Below are positions 25,347 to 31,128 of a stretch of DNA of 31,128 nucleotides, piece by piece. The notes under the pieces are model-generated. The model saw only the letters and a list, made by a program, of their open reading frames with translations, made no database searches and had not been told where the DNA came from. The DNA is from a virus (lineage: Duplodnaviria; Caudoviricetes): the IMG/VR virus record IMGVR_UViG_3300032295_001996, positions 1-31,128 of that record. One strand, given 5' to 3'. The stretch's first letter is position 1, and each line of letters starts with the position of its first letter. The translations under genes were made by a program, and so were the position numbers.

Positions 25347-25795
25347 AATTGGTTCAGGAGTTTCTGTTTTTGGTCTTCGGGAAGATCGGGGTGGATGACC
25401 ACGTGCCGCTTGCCCCGGCGGATAAGCGCGCACGGCTTTTGCTGTTTCAACCAGTCTTTCAAGGCCACGGTGAAATCCCGTTGCGCCTTCAGAATGGTCA
25501 CCAAGTGCCCGGGGTTGGCTTTGCGCCAGTCTTCGGACAACCACCGGCGGCGGAATTCCTCGAAAGAGATTTCTTCGTCACCGCACCAGGCCAGCTTGTC
25601 GCCTTTCACACTCCAGATGACTTGGCGGCGAATCCCGTCTTTCGTTTCCTCCACGGTGTCGTGGAAATTTTCTTCGTCGAGAAGCTCGCCGCCCACGGCC
25701 AACCAGGCGCCGATGAGATCGGTGTTGGGTGACTTGAGCGGCGGCATGTCGTCGCGGATGTAGTCAATCCGCATGCCTGCTTTGAGGTGTGACAT
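25343..25795 (-). CDS. Hypothetical protein in the tail operon, 150 aa
   Basis: Clean ORF, coupled to the chaperone gene. Confidence 0.75.
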   Translation of the reverse strand: MSHLKAGMRIDYIRDDMPPLKSPNTDLIGAWLAVGGELLDEENFHDTVEETKDGIRRQVIWSVKGDKLAWCGDEEISFEEFRRRWLSEDWRKANPGHLVTILKAQRDFTVALKDWLKQQKPCALIRRGKRHVVIHPDLPEDQKQKLLNQL

Positions 25796-25813
25796 AATCG
25801 GAGAGGGTCAGCG

Positions 25814-26122
25814 TTAAACCGCTGATGGGTAAGCAACGCCGTCGTAACTCCACCCCTGCCAGTCTTCGTTCGTCTGGCTTTCGGTGATTTTGGTCACGAT
25901 GACCTTTCCAGAAACGCCGATGGGCGCCCCGCTGGATCCGCCTAGGGTGATCGCCGGCAAGTCGCCTTTGCCTTTCACGGAAAAGGCGTAAGAGATATCT
26001 ACGTTCCGCGCGGTGGAATGTGTGCCGTCAAAGCGGATCAACTCTTTAGTGTCGGCCGATAGCGTCAGGTCAACGGACTCCACTAAGTCCCCGGTAATTT
26101 TGGTGATTCCGAAAGTGCTCAT
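25814..26122 (-). CDS. Tail tube-like protein 2, 102 aa
   Basis: Beta-rich; paralog of 26129..26431; tail-tube position. Confidence 0.6.
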   Translation of the reverse strand: MSTFGITKITGDLVESVDLTLSADTKELIRFDGTHSTARNVDISYAFSVKGKGDLPAITLGGSSGAPIGVSGKVIVTKITESQTNEDWQGWSYDGVAYPSAV

Positions 26123-26128
26123 AGTCGG

Positions 26129-26431
26129 TTATTCGAAAAGGACTCCAGTGATTTCGCTGGTCGGGAAATCGTCGTTAGTTTCCGAGAACTTGCTGGAGGT
26201 CAGCGTGACGGCATTGAAATCAGTCGCCACCGGGATGGTGGAGAGAACCGCGGCGCCTTTGCATGTGACGGTAATCGTCGTTTTGCTGCGCGGCTTTGCC
26301 TGGGCTTCGGCTACCCGGCCGATGGCGTTTTTAATGGTTGCAGTTTCCACTTCCGCGGTTTGCTCCGAGCTTTGCAAATAACCGGTCGGCGGCGTTAGTC
26401 CGTAGGTGCTGGTGACTCCGAATGTTGGCAT
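26129..26431 (-). CDS. Tail tube-like protein 1, 100 aa
   Basis: MPTFGVT...SETNDDF; true start 26431, after the 26436 stop. Confidence 0.6.
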   Translation of the reverse strand: MPTFGVTSTYGLTPPTGYLQSSEQTAEVETATIKNAIGRVAEAQAKPRSKTTITVTCKGAAVLSTIPVATDFNAVTLTSSKFSETNDDFPTSEITGVLFE

Positions 26432-26435
26432 GGCT

Positions 26436-26816
26436 TTAAGTTTGCGGGCCGTAGCCCAGGGTGAACTGAAGATTAGTGACCCAGTGCCGTTCGGTGTTTT
26501 GATTTTCCGACGTAACGGCAACCACTCCGTAAATCTGGATTTGAGAACCGGCGCCCGTGACGCTTTTAACTGCGTCGGTGATCTGCTGCACCAGCTCAAT
26601 GTGCTCCGCCACCGTGCTGTCGTCCGCCTGGTGCATGACGGCCGCGGTGAACGCCCCCCGCTGTAGTGGGCCGCCCACCAAAGCATCGCCGCGCAGATCC
26701 AACAAAACACACGGCATGGTGATAGTATCGCCGTCGTGCGGAAGCCCGATGTAGACGCCCGGGAAGCCTGGTGTGATCTCGTCACGGATCACCTCGCACG
26801 TCAGGAGGTCGATCAT
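26436..26816 (-). CDS. Tail terminator-like protein, 126 aa
   Basis: TMPCVLL motif, size and position; ATGA overlap. Confidence 0.55.
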   Translation of the reverse strand: MIDLLTCEVIRDEITPGFPGVYIGLPHDGDTITMPCVLLDLRGDALVGGPLQRGAFTAAVMHQADDSTVAEHIELVQQITDAVKSVTGAGSQIQIYGVVAVTSENQNTERHWVTNLQFTLGYGPQT

Positions 26817-27115
26817 CTGGTGATGTCCTCCAGGTAAAGTGTCCACGAAACTGGATCCTCCGCCACATCGCCAATCCGCCGCTCCGTGCCGTTAAGGGTC
26901 AGCTTTGTGCCTTTAACCGGCACCGGAAATCCGTTTTTGGAAAGGCGAACGGATCCCGTGAACTGAGACTCAAAACCACCGATGGCGAGAGTCTGGCTTT
27001 CCCGTTCTGAAGCCACACTGTGCACCGTCACGCCCTGGTACGTCACACTGTCGGCTTGCATGTAGCCGAGTGCCATATCCATTGCTGCCGCGGTGATGTC
27101 TCTCCATTCCGACAT
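26813..27115 (-). CDS. Head closure (gpFII-like) protein, 100 aa
   Basis: PVKGTKLTLNGTERRIGDV beta-barrel pattern; position. Confidence 0.6.
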   Translation of the reverse strand: MSEWRDITAAAMDMALGYMQADSVTYQGVTVHSVASERESQTLAIGGFESQFTGSVRLSKNGFPVPVKGTKLTLNGTERRIGDVAEDPVSWTLYLEDITR

Positions 27116-27342
27116 TAGAGCAACGGTTCTTTCGAGCGTTTAACTGGCTTAGGTGCTTCGATTTCGACAACCGGCGCGGGCTTGATTGTGCGAAACAAAT
27201 CCGGGCGCGGGTTGATCACCAACTCGATCTTTCCCGGGGTGTTATGCGCCTTGTAAAACCGGCGTGCCTCTTCGGGGTTGGTGGACGTGTAGATCACGCG
27301 CGGGCCGCACCCGGCATCTTCGAGGACTAAAGAGACTTTCAT
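27115..27342 (-). CDS. Small hypothetical protein after the capsid gene, 75 aa
   Basis: TAATG coupling to the next gene. Confidence 0.65.
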   Translation of the reverse strand: MKVSLVLEDAGCGPRVIYTSTNPEEARRFYKAHNTPGKIELVINPRPDLFRTIKPAPVVEIEAPKPVKRSKEPLL

Positions 27343-27357
27343 CTGTGATAATCGGAT

Positions 27358-27391
27358 AAAGCAAAGGCACCCCCCTGTGAAGGAGGGTGCC
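27358..27391 (-). terminator. Terminator after the major capsid gene
   Basis: GGCACCCTCC-TTCACA-GGGGGGTGCC-TTTGCTTT. Confidence 0.75.
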
Positions 27392-27405
27392 CCGGCTGAG
27401 TTAAA

Positions 27406-28284
27406 CTAGGCGGTAATGACGCGGACGCCCATTGCAGTTCCCACACTCACGCCCCAGATGCAGGAGACGTTGATGCAGGTCTTGCCCAAAGCGCGATCAT
27501 AGAACATGCGATAGGTGATCGGTAGCCCGAGGTCAGGAACAACCACTTCGGCGATCTGGATCGAGTCCTGCAACGCGGCTTCAGGATTGACGCGGCGGGC
27601 TGCCATGATCAGCGCGGAACTGTGGCAAGCAAAGGCGCCAAGGTTCTGGCTGTTGTTGTCGCACAAGTCGGACTGATAAACGTCCAAGCCAGAAACGCGC
27701 GGAACAATGCCGTCGGCCTTGTCAGGCGTAATGCCGGGGATTTCTGCGCTGTTCAGCGTTTTCAGCAAAGCACCGTAGAAATCAGGATTACAAATGAAGC
27801 TGCGGCCGATCTTCGGAGCTTTGAGCGTGCCGGTAAGCGTGGTGCTCAGGTCAATCAAGTCGGAACGGTCAAAGTTGGCCGCAGTCGAAGTGATTGAGCT
27901 CGTGAAGTTGCTGCTGGTCACCAGATTCCAGAGCTGGCCGAACATGTCAGCACCCAAAGCCTGAAGCATGGGAGCCAAAAACAGACGCTCGAAATTGATG
28001 GAGGACTGAAGCACTTCGATGTCCGTAAATCCAAGAGTCACGCCGCGGTGCTGGTCAAGCGTGATGGTCTTTGCGGTCGTGTCACCGGCAACAGGAACGT
28101 AGCCAACACTGGAAATGCTCACAACGGACGGGACCGTTGCAAAACGAGTGGTTACCGAACTACCAGCGGCCGCAACGTCGGTGCTGAAGTCGGTCGTGAT
28201 GCCGCGCAAAGGAGCGAAGGCATTGGTGAGGAACGGCAGCGACTGCTGCGCGATCTGAGCGAGGAAAACGCCATTAAGGGCCAT
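27406..28284 (-). CDS. Major capsid protein, 292 aa
   Basis: Follows protease and scaffold; TITLDQHRG, RSFICNPDFY, SGLDVYQS patterns; followed by a terminator. Confidence 0.85.
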   Translation of the reverse strand: MALNGVFLAQIAQQSLPFLTNAFAPLRGITTDFSTDVAAAGSSVTTRFATVPSVVSISSVGYVPVAGDTTAKTITLDQHRGVTLGFTDIEVLQSSINFERLFLAPMLQALGADMFGQLWNLVTSSNFTSSITSTAANFDRSDLIDLSTTLTGTLKAPKIGRSFICNPDFYGALLKTLNSAEIPGITPDKADGIVPRVSGLDVYQSDLCDNNSQNLGAFACHSSALIMAARRVNPEAALQDSIQIAEVVVPDLGLPITYRMFYDRALGKTCINVSCIWGVSVGTAMGVRVITA

Positions 28285-28314
28285 AGTATTGTATCAGGTA
28301 AGTTGTTGAGAGGT

Positions 28315-28716
28315 TTAGAGCTGCATCGCTTTCTTGTTCGCGGCGTAGAAAGCGTTTCTTTCCACGAAACCAAGAGTCATGTAGTGCGCCCAAAGTTCGT
28401 CCTTGGACTTCGGCGCGGAAACTTGTTCGGGCTGGATGGCCACGGGAGCCACGCCCAAGTTGGCCACGATAGCGTTGGCTTTTGCGGCGGCGTCGGCTTC
28501 GGCGGCTTTCACGGCGTCGAGTGCTTTTGCCAGTTCCAGCTTTTCAGCCTGCGCAACGTCCAGGGCGGCAGAGAGGTCTGCGGCCTTGAGTTTAAGCGCG
28601 TCAAATTGAGCAACCACTGCGGAATGCTCCGCGGTGAGTGCGTTAAGCGCGGCCAAATCCGCCTGCGCGGCAGATAGCGCGGCCAGCGCATCGGTTAAGG
28701 TTGCAGGAGACTCCAT
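28315..28716 (-). CDS. Capsid scaffolding protein, 133 aa
   Basis: Ala-rich coiled coil with a C-terminal helix pair, between protease and capsid. Confidence 0.75.
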   Translation of the reverse strand: MESPATLTDALAALSAAQADLAALNALTAEHSAVVAQFDALKLKAADLSAALDVAQAEKLELAKALDAVKAAEADAAAKANAIVANLGVAPVAIQPEQVSAPKSKDELWAHYMTLGFVERNAFYAANKKAMQL

Positions 28717-28731
28717 ACAACCAAACGTTTC

Positions 28732-28739
28732 GGGACAAG
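28732..28739 (-). promoter_or_regulatory. Late-gene motif CTTGTCCC, 15 nt before ATG 28716
   Basis: Exact 8-mer fused to a terminator U-tract, as at 380. Confidence 0.7.
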
Positions 28740-28774
28740 GAAAAGCCCGCTCCGGGCATCAAACCGGAGCGGGC
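28740..28774 (-). terminator. Terminator after the protease gene
   Basis: GCCCGCTCCGG-TTTGATGC-CCGGAGCGGGC-TTTTCC. Confidence 0.75.
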
Positions 28775-28803
28775 CACATGAACCCAATGAACAAAACGAA
28801 CGC

Positions 28804-29613
28804 CTACAGCATAGCGAGCAAAGCCTCGTATGCAAGTTCCTGATTGCCTATTCCATCAATCAAGTTTGCTGCCTTGGCTCGCGGTGCCAAATAAGCTGCG
28901 CCGGTCATGTATTCGTCAGCCACCCGGCGATTGCGAAGCACGTTGTCGCGGAACTGTGCGAAGGAGTCATCAACAAGCTGTTGCAGGCTTGCGCGTTGAG
29001 CTAAAGTCAAAGCCGGTCCCATGCCTGCACCCTTTAACGGGCCCGACGTAATCGGATCCCATTTTAGCCCCTGCTCCTCGTAAGCGGCCGACTGGTCAAG
29101 CCACGGGATGATTGTGCCAATGCTGCCCCAAGTTGATCCTACGGAGCCGAACACCTTGTCGCAACTTACCGCAATGTTGTACGCGGCGCTGCAAGCGGTG
29201 TCGTCGGAGTAGGCGACAATCGGCACTTTCAGAAACTGAATGAGGTCAGTGATCTCAGAACAGCCTGAGCAACTCCCGCCCGGTGAGTTGATCTCAAGCA
29301 ACACTCCGCGCACGTTGGCTTCCATGGCGGCTTCGAGATCCTCGGCCACCCATTCGTAATCCCACACTCCACAGCAGGCTTCAATCGGGCTGATACCCTT
29401 GGCAAGGGTGCCCTCAATACATATGTGCGCGATTCCTTGCCCGTCGATCTCCATCGGCTCGCGTTGGGACTTCATTCCCATCATGCCTTCGTATTCGTCG
29501 CCATTGGCGCGCACTAGTCGCCCCTCCACGAGCTTGCGAACCGCTGCGTACCCGCCGGGCGTGATGAGCCAAGGACGGTAGAAAACTTGCTCGATGACGC
29601 GTTGAAATTTCAT
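28804..29613 (-). CDS. Prohead protease, S49/SppA family (lambda gpC-like), 269 aa
   Basis: INSPGG, ACSAAY, GSIG, ANLIDGIG. Confidence 0.93.
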   Translation of the reverse strand: MKFQRVIEQVFYRPWLITPGGYAAVRKLVEGRLVRANGDEYEGMMGMKSQREPMEIDGQGIAHICIEGTLAKGISPIEACCGVWDYEWVAEDLEAAMEANVRGVLLEINSPGGSCSGCSEITDLIQFLKVPIVAYSDDTACSAAYNIAVSCDKVFGSVGSTWGSIGTIIPWLDQSAAYEEQGLKWDPITSGPLKGAGMGPALTLAQRASLQQLVDDSFAQFRDNVLRNRRVADEYMTGAAYLAPRAKAANLIDGIGNQELAYEALLAML

Positions 29614-31106
29614 TCGGTTGGCACGGTTGGCGGGTTGCCGTTAGGGGTCAGCAGTCCAAAGACTTCACGAGAAAGCCCGGAGCGTTCGACTCGTTTCTTA
29701 ATTTCCAGTTCTTCGCGTTCGACTTCGTCCAAGTGCTCTTCCAATGTTTTGGAGCCAGAAGCCAAGATGTCAGTCATACTGCGCATCCCGGCGCGGTAAG
29801 CTTCAATGGCATCGCGGGAAGCGTAGCCGGAATCGGCCGTTAGGCGAGCGGGTTCTGTGAATCGGAACTGATAAGCGCCCCCCCGGTCTTTATCTGCGCC
29901 AGTGTAGGGCGGCAGAATTCCAAGCTCGACAAACTTGGCAATCGCGTAAGCACAACGCCTTTTGCAAAACGCAGCAAGGTAAGCGTGCCGCTCCGACGTG
30001 ATCCGATTGACTTGCTCGAGCACAATCCGGGCGGAAGCTCCGCCCAGTTTGCTCATGTCCCACCCGAATTCCGGTGGCCATTGAGCGGCTAACAGTGCGT
30101 TGCGGATTAGCCTTTCCTGTAGCCGGTCCTGCGCTTCGGTTGGAATCTTGGCATCAATCTGGTCAATGGATTCGCCCGCGTTGGCTTGCAGATATTCAAT
30201 CCGGCCTCCCGCCATTGGAGTAAACCGAAGCCCAGGCGCGCATTGCGGGATGTTCGTGTCAGTCAACGCCTGGTATGCGTCGGAAGCGTCAGCCATCCCT
30301 TGCTGGTTGGTAACAAGCAATCCGATCTTTGCAGCCATGCGAGAGGCGGACTGGATATCGTCGCCGAGGTCCTTGAGGGAAATTAAATCGCGAATCGCGG
30401 GAGCAAACGCGGAAATACCACGGACCTGATCCACTTCGCGAGGATCCATCGTCAACATGCACGACTGCACCGGGATGTCCCTGTCTTCGCTGCCGTCCTG
30501 CGGTTCACCCAAAACTCGATAGGCCACCGCGCGGTTGGTGCGCGAAAGTATCACACCGTTGTAAATTCGAAGCCCCCTATAGCGTCCTTCGGTCAGGATG
30601 CCGTCCTCCGCGCGGCTTCCGATCTGGTGCCAAGGCACTTGCTGCAACTGCGGATAACCGCTTTGTGCGGTCGTCAGGATGGTCAGCAAATCGCCTTCCC
30701 GGTCAATAGCGGTGGACTCAAGGCGTAGCCCTTCCCACCAGCTTTTGCCGTCGAGATAGGCAATCTGAAACCAATCCAGCAACACGGCCTCGGCCTGCTT
30801 TCCCCACTCTTTGTCGGCGCCCACAAAGATCGGCCGCATTGCCATCCCTACGGACAGCATGGACTTCTGGTCAATGGCGGCGTTGACCATGCCGTTGTTC
30901 CAGTAAAGTTTCCGTGCTGCACTGTTGACGGTGCGCCATTCGCCAACAGTGAGCTCACGGGAAATGCTTTGCGTGTGATTACGCCACCACGGTTCCCCCC
31001 ACACTCCGCCTTCCACCAAGCGTTGCCGCCGGTAAGCGTCCCAGGCGGCTTGCGGTTTCGGCGTTCCAAAACCGGCTAGCTTTTTTAGTCGATCAAAAAG
31101 GCTCAT
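29610..31106 (-). CDS. Portal protein, lambda family, 498 aa
   Basis: AARKLYWNNG, REGD, DQVRGISAFAP, GGASAR; position between the gpW-like gene and the protease. Confidence 0.9.
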   Translation of the reverse strand: MSLFDRLKKLAGFGTPKPQAAWDAYRRQRLVEGGVWGEPWWRNHTQSISRELTVGEWRTVNSAARKLYWNNGMVNAAIDQKSMLSVGMAMRPIFVGADKEWGKQAEAVLLDWFQIAYLDGKSWWEGLRLESTAIDREGDLLTILTTAQSGYPQLQQVPWHQIGSRAEDGILTEGRYRGLRIYNGVILSRTNRAVAYRVLGEPQDGSEDRDIPVQSCMLTMDPREVDQVRGISAFAPAIRDLISLKDLGDDIQSASRMAAKIGLLVTNQQGMADASDAYQALTDTNIPQCAPGLRFTPMAGGRIEYLQANAGESIDQIDAKIPTEAQDRLQERLIRNALLAAQWPPEFGWDMSKLGGASARIVLEQVNRITSERHAYLAAFCKRRCAYAIAKFVELGILPPYTGADKDRGGAYQFRFTEPARLTADSGYASRDAIEAYRAGMRSMTDILASGSKTLEEHLDEVEREELEIKKRVERSGLSREVFGLLTPNGNPPTVPTE

Positions 31107-31128
31107 ATAAAATACGCCTGAGTCCTGC
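31006..31128. repeat. Terminal direct repeat (circular assembly overlap), copy 2
   Basis: Exact copy of 1-123. Confidence 0.97.

Noticed and set aside
583-30429. + strand ORFs in the ORF track (e.g. 1072..1881, 24202..24873, 28048..28677)
   Set aside because: All are antisense shadows of well-supported - strand genes, with no recognisable motifs

Overview
The window is an apparently complete ~31.0 kb circularly assembled genome of a lambda-like tailed dsDNA phage: bases 1-123 are repeated exactly at 31006-31128, giving a 31,005 bp unit. Essentially all real genes are on the - strand. In transcription order they are terS, terL (GpA type), a gpW-like gene, lambda-type portal, S49 protease, scaffold, major capsid, neck/tail genes with a -1 frameshifted chaperone, tape measure, tip proteins, a collagen-like fibre, glycosyltransferase + methyltransferase, four small membrane proteins, a metallophosphoesterase and a pesticin-like endolysin. 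An early region follows, with DUF3310, a PD-(D/E)XK nuclease, RuvC-like resolvase, RecT-like annealase, SSB, DnaB_N/AAA_25 helicase, an HTH initiator carrying iterons and an Xis-like HTH. I see no integrase, repressor, DNA polymerase or tRNA. The most interesting signals are non-coding. (1) A complete type II hammerhead ribozyme at 10763-10815. (2) An array of three covarying GAGAGA-loop RNA hairpin units at 3438-3658, plus a related structured RNA at 11510-11601. (3) A motif CTTGTCCC lying 15 nt (once 13 nt) before four late start codons, twice fused to a terminator, in a genome lacking Shine-Dalgarno sites. (4) A cos-like region with three GGYA-N5-TGCC dyads upstream of terS. All protein calls come from motif recognition and synteny by eye, with no database searches.
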